NCBI GenBank assembly: GCA_045562535.1
Contig: JBJKVP010000002.1
Location: 2,814 to 66,813, forward strand
Reading direction: 5' to 3'
Origin: Dehalococcoidia bacterium
GTDB lineage: Bacteria; Chloroflexota; Dehalococcoidia; UBA6926
DNA length: 64,000 bases
Program-made: the position numbers and the translations under genes
Notes under the pieces: generated by a model
What the model was told of the DNA's origin: nothing
Seen by the model: only the letters and a program-made list of their open reading frames with translations
Databases searched by the model: none
Shown here: positions 9,206-19,018 of the stretch, piece by piece
Layout of the letters: each line of letters opens with the position of its first letter
Position numbering within the stretch: the stretch's first letter is position 1

Positions 9206-10279
9206 ATGGTGGACAAAGAGATGACAAGCCCGTCAGATAAGGCGATGAGTGATCGTTTGTCGAAAAACTATGGCCATGCTCGTATCGGAGTTGTAGGAGT
9301 TGGTGGTGGGGGAACTAACGCTATAGCGCGATTAATTTCTCAAGGCCCTCACGACTTAGAGTTTATTTGCGTTAATACAGACACACAATCATTACAATAT
9401 GTCCAGGGAGCAAAGAAAATTCAGATTGGCTCTGATGTAACCGGCGGGTTTGGTGCTGGAGGTAATCCAGAGACTGGGGAATCAGCGGCAGAAGAATCCA
9501 AAGATGAACTAGCTGAAGCACTAAAGGGTATGGATTTAGTATTTGTAACCGTTGGCATGGGTGGAGGAACTGGTACAGGAGCAGCCCCTATAGTGGCACG
9601 TGTTGCCAAAGAGCAAGGAGCTTTAGCCATTGGGTTAGTTACAACTCCTTTTGCTTTTGAAGGTGAACGTAGAATGGAGATTTCGCTTTCTGGTGCAGAA
9701 AGATTGAGAGCAGAATGCGATAACTTGATAATTATTCATAACGATAGACTTTTGAGATTGGTAAAAAAAGAAATGCCAATTGATGAAGCTTTTGCTAGAG
9801 CTGATGAAGCAGTTACCCAGGGTATAGCAGCAGTTTCTCAATTGGTGAATGAACCTGCTGCTATTAATGTAGATTTTGCAGATGTCCGTTCCGTGTTATC
9901 TATAAAAGGTAGATCGTTGATGGCCGTAGGTATAGGAGAAGGGCCCGACGGACCAATGGAGGCAGCTCAGCAGGCAGTTGAAAACCCTTTGCTTGATATG
10001 TCAACGGATAAAGCAAAAGGGGTACTATTTCAGATAGTAGGGGGATCAGATATGACCCTCGGACAGGTTAATTCCGTAGGTAAACTAATAGCGAAAAGCG
10101 TTGATAAAAGAGCAATTATATTTTTTGGAATGACAACAAAAAGGCATATGGAAGGCAAGTGCCAGGTTACTATATTAGCGACTGGCATACCTGAGGTGGG
10201 AGATGAAGAAAACAGCAATTCCCCCCAGAGTGCACAAATGAATCGGTTAATGGCAATGCCTTCCGTATCTAGAGATTAG
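9206..10279 (+). CDS. ftsZ: Cell division GTPase FtsZ (stand-alone copy)
   Basis: GVGGGG, NTD, GMGGGTGTG, PFAFEG and INVDFAD motifs. Confidence 0.93.
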   Translation: MVDKEMTSPSDKAMSDRLSKNYGHARIGVVGVGGGGTNAIARLISQGPHDLEFICVNTDTQSLQYVQGAKKIQIGSDVTGGFGAGGNPETGESAAEESKDELAEALKGMDLVFVTVGMGGGTGTGAAPIVARVAKEQGALAIGLVTTPFAFEGERRMEISLSGAERLRAECDNLIIIHNDRLLRLVKKEMPIDEAFARADEAVTQGIAAVSQLVNEPAAINVDFADVRSVLSIKGRSLMAVGIGEGPDGPMEAAQQAVENPLLDMSTDKAKGVLFQIVGGSDMTLGQVNSVGKLIAKSVDKRAIIFFGMTTKRHMEGKCQVTILATGIPEVGDEENSNSPQSAQMNRLMAMPSVSRD

Positions 10280-10338
10280 ATTTAACGCTAAAATTCCCAT
10301 TCTATTCTGGATAACACAACATTTTTTGGGGGAATGAT

Positions 10339-11430
10339 TTGCTAATGGATAATTCAAAGGATTTGCTGCAAATATTTTCGGAAGTTGGAGGCCCCTCAGG
10401 GTATGAGAGTAGGGTCAGGGAGATCCTGATTGATAAATTGAAGCCGATTTCGAGCAATGTTGAAACCGATCAAATGGGATCAGTCATTGCCAATATTGGT
10501 GGGGTTAATAATTCCCCTAAAATAATGCTATCAGCACATATGGATGAAGTTGGCCTGATGGTAAAAAATATTACAGAAGAAGGATACATAAAATTCCAAC
10601 AGCTCGGAGGATGGCTCGATCAAGCCATTGTCAATCAAAGATGGGTTATTTTAAATAAGAAAAAGGATGTTCTTGGGGTAACGGGGATTAAAACGGTCCA
10701 TGTCATGCCTCAGGAAGACCGGAAGAAAATTTTTGATGCTAAAGACCTGTTCATTGATGTCGGGGCTCCAAGTAAAGATTATGTAGTGAATAATCTTGAG
10801 ATATCACCGGGTGATCCCATAGTTCCTTTTAGCCCTTTCTCAGTTCTAAATGATGGAGATTTACTACTTGGAAAGGCTTGGGATGATAGAGCAGGATTAG
10901 CGTTGATGGTTAAAGTGATAGAAGAAATACAATCATCAAATTCAGAAAAGGTAAATTCGGTATTTGCCGTGGCAACTGTACAAGAGGAAGTTGGCCTTAG
11001 AGGGGCAACTACCAGTTCGTATATTGTTGATCCTGATATAGGAATAAATTTGGAGGCCGGGGTAGCGGCTGATTTCCCGGGTATTAATACCAACGAATCT
11101 CAAGAAAAAATCGGTTTGGGACCAACAGTTTTTTTACATGATAGTTCGATGATTCCCAATCTAAAACTGAGAGATTTTGTTAGTCAGGTCGCGAAATCAG
11201 AGGGGATCCCTTTGCAATTTAATGTGTTAACCGGGTATGGCCAAGATGGATCTGCCCTGCAGCGTTCAAGAGGAGGGACTCCTACCATTAATATAGCTAT
11301 TCCAACTAGATATTTGCACAGTCATAATTCAGTAATAAGCTATAAGGATTTTCAGCAAGCAACTAAATTAGTTCGTATTCTCGTGGAAAAACTTGATTCA
11401 CAAACTGTTGAAGAAATAAGAAAGTTTTGA
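10339..11430 (+). CDS. M42 family metallo-aminopeptidase
   Basis: AHMDEVG, KAWDDRAG, VQEEVGLRGA, RYLHS motifs. Confidence 0.93.
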   Translation: MLMDNSKDLLQIFSEVGGPSGYESRVREILIDKLKPISSNVETDQMGSVIANIGGVNNSPKIMLSAHMDEVGLMVKNITEEGYIKFQQLGGWLDQAIVNQRWVILNKKKDVLGVTGIKTVHVMPQEDRKKIFDAKDLFIDVGAPSKDYVVNNLEISPGDPIVPFSPFSVLNDGDLLLGKAWDDRAGLALMVKVIEEIQSSNSEKVNSVFAVATVQEEVGLRGATTSSYIVDPDIGINLEAGVAADFPGINTNESQEKIGLGPTVFLHDSSMIPNLKLRDFVSQVAKSEGIPLQFNVLTGYGQDGSALQRSRGGTPTINIAIPTRYLHSHNSVISYKDFQQATKLVRILVEKLDSQTVEEIRKF

Positions 11431-11463
11431 TTTTGAAAAGAAAACGGCGGGAATAGGGAAAAT

Positions 11464-11539
11464 TGGTGGGCCGCCTGGGAATCGAACCCAGAACCTTGAG
11501 GTTAAAAGCCTCCTGCTCTGCCGATTGAGCTAACGGCCC
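11464..11539 (-). tRNA. tRNA-Lys (TTT)
   Basis: Reverse strand GGGCCGT...GCGGCCC-A-CCA, anticodon loop CTTTTAA. Confidence 0.96.
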
Positions 11540-11581
11540 CAAAAAATCTTTACTTATCTTTACTTAAGGGTAGCTTTTTTT

Positions 11582-12157
11582 CTAGTGTTTAACGAGACCA
11601 ATATTAGAGATTGGCCAATATCTAAACCACGCTTTCCCTATTATTTGTTCTTTTGATACCATGCCCCAGCTTCGGGAATCTTGGCTGACTGGTCTATTAT
11701 CCCCTAACAAAAAAAAGTCTTCTTCTCCGACTAAAAGTTTATTAAAATGACTATTGTCACTATATATAGGGTAATTCTCTTCTACAATCTTACCGTTAAC
11801 ATAAACTTTCCCGGTTTTCATGCTAATTGAGTCACCTGGAACACCGATTACTCTTTTTATTAAATGTCTTCCACCTTTTTTATTCTGTTCAAATACGACA
11901 ATATCACCTCGGCTCGGATCTTGATTTTTAAGGTTTAAACCATCTGCAGTAAATAGTTTATTTAGTTCTAGATAGGATAACTTGTTGACAAGTAGGTAAT
12001 CACTGTCACCTATGTTTGGCATCATGCTGGTGCCTTCAACCATATAATTTTGCAAACTTGTATTAATAATAAAAAACGCCACCACTGCTATTGCTAGCGT
12101 CTGTAGAATCTCTTTAATGAACGATCTAATCACTGTATATGACCTTTGCAGAATCAA
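11582..12157 (-). CDS. lepB: Signal peptidase I
   Basis: GTSM, IKRVIGVPGD, GDNR..S.DSR motifs. Confidence 0.95.
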   Translation of the reverse strand: MILQRSYTVIRSFIKEILQTLAIAVVAFFIINTSLQNYMVEGTSMMPNIGDSDYLLVNKLSYLELNKLFTADGLNLKNQDPSRGDIVVFEQNKKGGRHLIKRVIGVPGDSISMKTGKVYVNGKIVEENYPIYSDNSHFNKLLVGEEDFFLLGDNRPVSQDSRSWGMVSKEQIIGKAWFRYWPISNIGLVKH

Positions 12158-12350
12158 GCTTTAGTCTTACTAAAGGATGGGTCATTACCCGAATTGTGCT
12201 TGATCTATAGCGGTTAATAGTACCATTATAAGTGTATTAATCACCTTAGTCTAAATTATTACCAATCTGTATTGTATATTGGTGATGATTTTGTAAGGTT
12301 AGCTCCGAAGAAATTAAGGTAATTGAAAGTAACGTTAAATAAAGGTCAGA

Positions 12351-13190
12351 TTGATGAAAAATAAGATAGTTCAATTGGTGTTTCTTTTGGTAACTATTTT
12401 TCTCGTTTCAGCTTGTTCAGAAACAACCTCTAACAATGGAGTAGGAGGAGATGGAATTAATGAACAGGTAGTTGCGACAAATGGTACCAATATGCAAATG
12501 GAGTATTCTGTTTCATCAAACGCTAGAGGATTAAATACTGGTTTCGTTTTAGAAACTGCTTCTCAAGGAATATGGGTTTCTGGTTCCGGATCGGTAACTA
12601 TTGAACCCGATATTGCTACAATCCGTTTGGGAGTAGAAGTCTTGGATGATAAAGTCTCAGATGCAAAACGCCGCGCTGCAAACTCTAGTAGTAAAGTGCT
12701 TCAAGCGGTAAAAAGTAGTGGTGTCGCAGATAAAGACATTCAAACTTCCAACTTATCTATTCAGCCACGATACGAATATAAATCTAATGGGCGAGAGCTT
12801 ATTGGCTATGTGGTGAGTTGGGATATTACGGTAACAGTTTTAGATTTGGATGAAATTGAAACATTGATCGATAAAGCTGTAACTGCAGGTGAAGAAAATA
12901 TCACCATAAGCTCAATATATTTCCAATCTAAAAACAGAAAAACGGCTGAATCAGAGGCCAGGGCTATCGCCGTTAAAGAAGCGATAGATCACGCCCAGGA
13001 AATAGCAACCGCAGCAGGAGTTAACCTAGGAAGGCCGTATTTTATTAGTGAATCATCTAGTTCGCCTGTTTCTTCAGATTATTATGGTGGTATGGCTATG
13101 GCATCAATGGAGAGGTCGATGGCTATTCCGGTGGAGTCTGGTTCTTTGGAAATAGTTGTATCCGTACAAGCTAGATTTTTTATCGAGTAA
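12351..13190 (+). CDS. SIMPL domain (DUF541) lipoprotein
   Basis: Lipobox VSAC; VSGSGSV..EPD, DIQTSNLSIQPRY, AVKEA..AQEIA..AGV.LG motifs. Confidence 0.88.
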   Translation: MMKNKIVQLVFLLVTIFLVSACSETTSNNGVGGDGINEQVVATNGTNMQMEYSVSSNARGLNTGFVLETASQGIWVSGSGSVTIEPDIATIRLGVEVLDDKVSDAKRRAANSSSKVLQAVKSSGVADKDIQTSNLSIQPRYEYKSNGRELIGYVVSWDITVTVLDLDEIETLIDKAVTAGEENITISSIYFQSKNRKTAESEARAIAVKEAIDHAQEIATAAGVNLGRPYFISESSSSPVSSDYYGGMAMASMERSMAIPVESGSLEIVVSVQARFFIE

Positions 13191-13276
13191 TTTAAGAAAT
13201 ATTATTTCTATAAGATCTATCGGGTACAACATAGTGAATGATATAGTTGAGATGATAAAGCGTTTAAGGGGGGGGT

Positions 13277-13843
13277 ATGGTACTGAGTGATAGAGACATA
13301 CGTGTTGCTCTGGATAAGAAGCGTATTACTATTGACCCGATACAAGATTCAGATATTCAGCCGGCCAGCGTTGATGTTCATCTAGATAGAAAAATATTGG
13401 TATTCCGTAACTCTCGCAGGCCCTTTATTGATATCCACGAGGATGTTAGTGATTTGACTGAGATGGTAGAAATTAAAGATGGTACGCCTTTTATCTTGCA
13501 TCCTGGAGAATTTGTTTTAGGCAGCACATTGGAATCAATTGGGCTTGCTGATAATCTAGTGGCTCGACTGGAAGGCAAAAGCTCTCTCGGGCGGATAGGG
13601 TTATTAATTCATTCGACGGCTGGCTATGTTGATCCAGGATGGAATGGAAACCTTACTCTGGAACTCAGTAATGTGAATAATTTACCTGTCACACTTTACT
13701 ATGGAATGAAAATAGGGCAGATATCCTTCACAGAATTATCGTCGCCTTCAGATAGACCGTATGGTTCATCTGATTTGGGAAGTAAATATCAAGGACAGAA
13801 AGAACCAACTGCGAGCAGAATTTACCGTGACTTTCAGGGATAG
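13277..13843 (+). CDS. dcd: dCTP deaminase
   Basis: QPASVD, LEGKSSLGR, VDPGW.G.LTLE, KYQGQ motifs. Confidence 0.96.
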   Translation: MVLSDRDIRVALDKKRITIDPIQDSDIQPASVDVHLDRKILVFRNSRRPFIDIHEDVSDLTEMVEIKDGTPFILHPGEFVLGSTLESIGLADNLVARLEGKSSLGRIGLLIHSTAGYVDPGWNGNLTLELSNVNNLPVTLYYGMKIGQISFTELSSPSDRPYGSSDLGSKYQGQKEPTASRIYRDFQG

Positions 13844-13845
13844 AA

Positions 13846-14958
13846 TTGAACGATCAAACAGAAACTCAACCTTATATGAAGAAAGCTTTGGCACTAGCTA
13901 AGCTTTCATTAGGTTTGTCTAGCCCAAATCCTCCGGTTGGAGCCGTTATTGAAAAAGATGGAAAGATAGTCGGAGAAGGGTTTACACAAGCAATAGGTGG
14001 AGACCATGCAGAAATTGTTGCTTTGGAAAAGGCTGGAGACTTAGCAGCTGGTGCAACTATGTATGTGACGATGGAACCTTGCTCCCATTATGGGAGAACT
14101 CCACCTTGCTCGGACGCTCTTATAAAAGCAGGGATCCGTCGCGTGTTTATGGCTGTTACCGATCCAAATCCTAAAGTTAATGGGAAAGGTAATACTATTT
14201 TGAAACGGGCAGGAATTGAAACTGCTATCGGGAGCCTAGCAGATGAAGCCCGAGACCATTACCAGGCATATTTTAAATTCATTAAGACAGGGAAACCTTT
14301 AGTAGTAGCAAAATATGCGATGACCCTGGATGGTAAGATTGCTACCAGGTCGGGCGATTCTAAGTGGGTTACTGGAGAAAAATCAAGGGCGATTGTGCAT
14401 TTGATTCGCTCCCAGATGGATGCAATAATTACCGCTCCAGGAACAGTCCGTTCGGATAATCCAAAATTAACTGCCAGAGATGCTGCGGGTATCCCGTTAT
14501 CCCGGCAGCCTTTGAGAGTTGTTGTTGATAGTCGAGGGAGGACACCTAAAGAGGCAACTCTTTTTAGTGAACCTGGAAATACTTTGGTTGTGACTGGAAG
14601 TGAAGAAGCATCAGTTCGGTATCATGGTATGGGCGAATTTGTTGAAACGGTTGTTTTAGGAGATTCATCGGGGAAAGTAGATTTAGAGAAACTCATGACC
14701 GAATTAGGTGGCAGGGGTATCTTGCAGGTTATGACAGAAGCAGGTGAGACATTGCTAGGCGCTTTGTTTGATGATCAGCTTCCTGATCAGGTTATTGCAT
14801 TTGTGTCCCCATCCATCGTTGGAGGTGCAGAATCTCCTAGTCCGGTTGCAGGTATCGGGATTGAGAAAATCTCCGATGCTTTTTCTCTGGATAATGTTGT
14901 CGTCGAGGGTGTTGAAAATGATGTTCTTGTGCGAGGTCGCCTGAAATCTTGGCATTAA
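13846..14958 (+). CDS. ribD: Riboflavin biosynthesis deaminase/reductase RibD
   Basis: PNPPVG, HAE, EPCSHYGRTPPC, TLDGKIAT motifs. Confidence 0.96.
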   Translation: MNDQTETQPYMKKALALAKLSLGLSSPNPPVGAVIEKDGKIVGEGFTQAIGGDHAEIVALEKAGDLAAGATMYVTMEPCSHYGRTPPCSDALIKAGIRRVFMAVTDPNPKVNGKGNTILKRAGIETAIGSLADEARDHYQAYFKFIKTGKPLVVAKYAMTLDGKIATRSGDSKWVTGEKSRAIVHLIRSQMDAIITAPGTVRSDNPKLTARDAAGIPLSRQPLRVVVDSRGRTPKEATLFSEPGNTLVVTGSEEASVRYHGMGEFVETVVLGDSSGKVDLEKLMTELGGRGILQVMTEAGETLLGALFDDQLPDQVIAFVSPSIVGGAESPSPVAGIGIEKISDAFSLDNVVVEGVENDVLVRGRLKSWH

Positions 14959-15082
14959 TTAACAAGACAATTATCGATATAATATAATCTGTTCCACAAG
15001 TAATATTTGTGAAACAAAGGTGTAACTGGCTTGTCAGAAGTTCTCAAGGGCGCCATAGTTATGCTCAGGGAGGCTCGGTGTT

Positions 15083-15685
15083 ATGTTTACGGGGATCGTG
15101 GAAGAGACAGGGGTAATTACTGAAATAAGCAAAGGTCAATTAGGTGTACGCGCTAGCGTGGTGCTTGATGGAACTAAAGTTGGCGATAGTATATGCGTTA
15201 GCGGAGCTTGTCTTACGGTGATCAAGATTGACCAAGAGGGTTGTTTATTTGATGTTATGCCGGAAACTTTTGACAGAACCAATTTGGGGCTTGCTAAAAT
15301 TACAGGGGTCGTTAATTTAGAGCGTGCAATGTTATTTAATGGCCGAGTAGGAGGACACCTCGTTCAAGGCCATGTAGATGGTACTGGAAAAGTAACCGCT
15401 ATCGAGAAGCAAGGTGATGCAAGAGTTGTTAGATTCCATGCACCTCCCAGTATAATGAAATATATAGTTGAAAAAGGGTTCATAGCAGTTAATGGAGCGA
15501 GCTTAACCGTTACAGAAGCTGCACAAGACTTTTTTAGCGTATCTCTGGTACGGTTCACTTATGAAAATACTGATTTAGGGGTTTTAAAAATCGGAGATGA
15601 AGTTAACCTTGAAGTCGATATCTTAGCTAAATATACGGAGCGTTTAACTCAGAGAGAGACCATCGAGGAGTTCGCGCTCAGTTAG
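15083..15685 (+). CDS. ribE: Riboflavin synthase (alpha chain)
   Basis: MFTGIV N-terminus, GGHLVQGHVDG. Confidence 0.96.
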   Translation: MFTGIVEETGVITEISKGQLGVRASVVLDGTKVGDSICVSGACLTVIKIDQEGCLFDVMPETFDRTNLGLAKITGVVNLERAMLFNGRVGGHLVQGHVDGTGKVTAIEKQGDARVVRFHAPPSIMKYIVEKGFIAVNGASLTVTEAAQDFFSVSLVRFTYENTDLGVLKIGDEVNLEVDILAKYTERLTQRETIEEFALS

Positions 15686-15695
15686 GAGGGTCTAA

Positions 15696-16892
15696 ATGTC
15701 TTTGTCTAGTGTTGAACAAGCAATAAAAGCAGTTAAAAAGGGCGAGTACGTCATAATAGTTGATGATGCTGAGCGTGAGAACGAAGGAGACCTTTTTATA
15801 GCTGCAGAAAAAATAACACCCGAAAATATTAATTTTATGGCAACCAATGCTCGTGGACTTATATGTGTTCCAATGCTTCCGGAACGTTTACAAGAGCTCC
15901 GGATACCTCTAATGGTTAGCGATAATGCTACGCCTTTAGAGACAGCGTTCACAGATTCTGTTGATGCTAAAGTGAATGTGTCAACGGGTATTTCTGCAGG
16001 AGATAGAGCGGTCACTGTCGAGGTATTAATTGATCCTTCTACCCGCCCAGATGATTTAGGGCGGCCAGGGCATGTTTTCCCACTCCGATATCGGGAGGGA
16101 GGCGTGTTGATGAGAGCCGGACATACTGAAGCAGCAGTTGACTTAGCTAAAATTAGCGGTCTTTACCCAGCAGGAGTGATATGCGAAATCATGAATGATG
16201 ATGGAACCATGGCACGCATGGATGATCTGGAAAAATATTCTGAAAAATGGGGCATCCAAATTGTTACTATTGCTCAACTTATAGAGTACAGACGAACTCA
16301 CGAAAGCTTAGTGGAAAGGGCGGGAGAATCGTTACTTCCCACAACGCACGGTGATTTTCGGGCATATGGATTTAAAAGCTCGATTGATTCCGATGAGCAT
16401 ATTGCTCTTGTAATGGGGGAAATTAAAGAGGATGAACCAATTCTAGTTAGAGTGCACAGTGAGTGTGTAACCGGTGATGCATTTGGTTCTTTGCGATGTG
16501 ACTGTGGTGAACAAGTTGATTTAGCGTTACAACAAATAGCTAAAGAAGGAACAGGTGTTTTCTTGTACATGCGCCAAGAAGGGCGAGGTGTTGGCCTGCA
16601 TAATAAACTTAGAGCCTATGCTTTACAGGATACAGGTATGGATACTGTCGAAGCTAACCAGAAGATAGGGTTCCCTCCAGATTTACGTGATTATGGAGTT
16701 GGCGCTCAAATTTTGGTTGATCTGGGCGTGAGAAAAGCGAAACTTTTAACAAATAATCCTAGGAAAATTGTAGGAATCGATGCTTATGGACTTGAGATAG
16801 TTGAAAGGGTTCCTATAGTAATTCCACCAAATGATTTTAATAGACGATATCTTGAAACAAAAAGAGACAAGATGGGTCATTTAATTGATTAG
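15696..16892 (+). CDS. ribBA: DHBP synthase / GTP cyclohydrolase II
   Basis: RENEGD, GHTEA, RVHSEC..RCDC, QEGRG motifs. Confidence 0.97.
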   Translation: MSLSSVEQAIKAVKKGEYVIIVDDAERENEGDLFIAAEKITPENINFMATNARGLICVPMLPERLQELRIPLMVSDNATPLETAFTDSVDAKVNVSTGISAGDRAVTVEVLIDPSTRPDDLGRPGHVFPLRYREGGVLMRAGHTEAAVDLAKISGLYPAGVICEIMNDDGTMARMDDLEKYSEKWGIQIVTIAQLIEYRRTHESLVERAGESLLPTTHGDFRAYGFKSSIDSDEHIALVMGEIKEDEPILVRVHSECVTGDAFGSLRCDCGEQVDLALQQIAKEGTGVFLYMRQEGRGVGLHNKLRAYALQDTGMDTVEANQKIGFPPDLRDYGVGAQILVDLGVRKAKLLTNNPRKIVGIDAYGLEIVERVPIVIPPNDFNRRYLETKRDKMGHLID

Positions 16893-16955
16893 TTGCTTTG
16901 ATGGCGATATTCGAGCTAATAGTCTTGGTAATTAGATCACTTTGAGAGGTTAAGA

Positions 16956-17429
16956 GTGTCCTACAAAAAGATTGATGTTAGTCCAAATGGAAGTGGTTTG
17001 AGTGTTGGCCTAATTGTTGCTCGATTCAATCGAGTTATAACAGAGCGGCTTTTGGAAGGTGCTTTGTCAGGCCTTCAAGAAAAAGGGGTTTCACAATCCG
17101 ATATCACTGTTTATTGGGTTCCTGGGGCATTTGAGATCCCGACCGTAGCGATGGATGCGGCCAAAACAGGAGAGTTCGATTTTCTGATCGCAATCGGCGC
17201 TGTTATAAAAGGTGAAACATCTCACTTTGATTATGTTTCCCTCGGTGTGACCAATGGGGTAAGTAGCATTCCTATAGAAACAGGTGTTCCTGTAGCGTTT
17301 GGGGTGCTTACTACTGACAATATGGAACAAGCTATGGCTAGATCAGGCCCCGTGGGCTCTAATAGAGGTTATGATGCTGCTCTAAGTGGTATTGAGACCG
17401 CCAATGTTGTTAAAGAGCTCCGAGGGTAA
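16956..17429 (+). CDS. ribH: Lumazine synthase
   Basis: VPGAFEIP, GETSHFDYV, FGVLT motifs. Confidence 0.96.
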   Translation: MSYKKIDVSPNGSGLSVGLIVARFNRVITERLLEGALSGLQEKGVSQSDITVYWVPGAFEIPTVAMDAAKTGEFDFLIAIGAVIKGETSHFDYVSLGVTNGVSSIPIETGVPVAFGVLTTDNMEQAMARSGPVGSNRGYDAALSGIETANVVKELRG

Positions 17430-17442
17430 TTTTTAATTAAGT

Positions 17443-18741
17443 TTAGCCTAACTTTAGTTTTTTCAACATGTCTTGATAACCAGATGTTTTTCGAAGCTCA
17501 TCAAAATCCTGCTCAGATTGGATTTGTATTAAACCAGATGGGCTAATTTTTAGAAACTCTGTTAAGTCATTTATTGAATCTGTCGGTTCGCCCAGTCGGG
17601 CATGTGTTTTTGCTTTGGCAAAAAGAGCATCTGGGAATCGTTCTCTTAAAACTATGGCCCTTTCAAAGGACGACAACGCTTTTTTAAAATCACCGATGTT
17701 AGAATAGGCGACTCCTTTGCCATAATGAGCTTCTGGTATATCAAGCCTTAGGCGTACACAGCGATCGAAATCCTTGATGGCTTCTTCAAAGCTCCCCATT
17801 CTTGTCAATGTGATTCCTCTATTGTAGTGGGCACGGGCATAATCTGGTCTTAAATCTATAGCTGCTGAATATTCGTTGAGAGCTTCATCCGGTTTACCGG
17901 TTATAGATAATGCGTTTCCTAAATCGTTATGTACATCCGGATTTTTCGGGTCAACAGATATGGCTTTTTTATAATCAGAGATCGCTTCTTCCATTTGCCC
18001 TAGATCTGATTTTAGGTTCGCTTGATTGTATAGAGCATCAAAATGATTTTCATCTATGGCTAGAGCGGTACGATATGAATCTAAGGCATCGTTATTTTTT
18101 TCAAGGTCTACCAGAATGTTTCCCTTATTAGTGTGATAGTCTGCGTCTTCAGGATACATATCTAGTAGTGTTTTGTAGGTGTTTAAGGCAAGTTCCAGCT
18201 TTCCTGAACGGGCTAATGCGATTGCGTAATTTGGTAGTCGATACTTTTTGGTTTTATTGTCGCCAAGTGACTTCTCATAAGCTTCTAATGCCAGGCTTGA
18301 CTCCTCAAGAAGTAAATGAGCATTACCCCTAATGAACCAATCATCTTTTGATATCGTAGGCAAAATCTGCGAACGATCCAAAAGGAGCCGTAATTGAGTA
18401 ATTTCTTTTTGTTCCAACTTAATATTTGGGGAAGTAGTTGAATTTATAAAAGGTTTTGCTCTAAGGGCGTAAAGGGATCTCCATGCTTCTTCCTGAGATT
18501 CGTATTCGACCCGAAGTTTTTCAGCGTTTTCTGTATCCCCTCTTCGTTCTGCTGAGGATATTTGTCTCTCGTAACTCTGTCTCAAGGACTGGACCTTCTT
18601 GATGTCAGTGTCAAATCGGAGAAACACTGGAAGGAATGAAATTAATTTATCAAACGTTAATGGGTATCTCCATTTAATTATCAAAGTCGCGGTTACTGCC
18701 ACGATGGTTAAGGCGATCATTATGAACAAGAGATCCATCAT
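17443..18741 (-). CDS. Membrane-anchored tetratricopeptide-repeat protein
   Basis: N-terminal TM helix (MMDLLFIMIAL...), coiled region, multiple 34-aa TPRs; ORF-track extension to 18918 overlaps the pyrG promoter. Confidence 0.85.
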   Translation of the reverse strand: MMDLLFIMIALTIVAVTATLIIKWRYPLTFDKLISFLPVFLRFDTDIKKVQSLRQSYERQISSAERRGDTENAEKLRVEYESQEEAWRSLYALRAKPFINSTTSPNIKLEQKEITQLRLLLDRSQILPTISKDDWFIRGNAHLLLEESSLALEAYEKSLGDNKTKKYRLPNYAIALARSGKLELALNTYKTLLDMYPEDADYHTNKGNILVDLEKNNDALDSYRTALAIDENHFDALYNQANLKSDLGQMEEAISDYKKAISVDPKNPDVHNDLGNALSITGKPDEALNEYSAAIDLRPDYARAHYNRGITLTRMGSFEEAIKDFDRCVRLRLDIPEAHYGKGVAYSNIGDFKKALSSFERAIVLRERFPDALFAKAKTHARLGEPTDSINDLTEFLKISPSGLIQIQSEQDFDELRKTSGYQDMLKKLKLG

Positions 18742-18837
18742 AGACAAAGAGTATCGCGAGGTTGATCTTACGGCAATAGCTTTCTGTCTTTTGAAATCAT
18801 GGTTACTATAATTTATCGTATTAGAATATAATTCCCC

Positions 18838-18866
18838 TTGACATAGTATCTGGTAGCTTTTTATAC
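18838..18866 (+). promoter_or_regulatory. sigma70-type promoter upstream of pyrG
   Basis: TTGACA-N17-TATACT. Confidence 0.7.
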
Positions 18867-19018
18867 TGCTTTTGATGGCACGTGACTGTATCCCGTATAC
18901 GGGTGTGCGATTCCCCATACAAGTCTTTAGATTTCGGTCGTGATTTTATTAGGGAATTTTGAGTTTGTTTGGTGTCTTGATATTTTTCAAGTATCCCCCA
19001 AGATGTTTTTAGGAGTTT

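Noticed and set aside
14959-15082. FMN riboswitch between ribD and ribE
   Set aside because: No RFN consensus segments visible; only a possible internal promoter.
18892-18903. Palindrome CCCGTATACGGG in the pyrG leader as an attenuator
   Set aside because: No U-tract or GGGC initial transcribed sequence of the Bacillus-type mechanism; a single short palindrome is not enough evidence.
18742-18918. 59-aa N-terminal extension of the TPR protein
   Set aside because: Overlaps the divergent pyrG promoter; the TM anchor begins at Met 18741.
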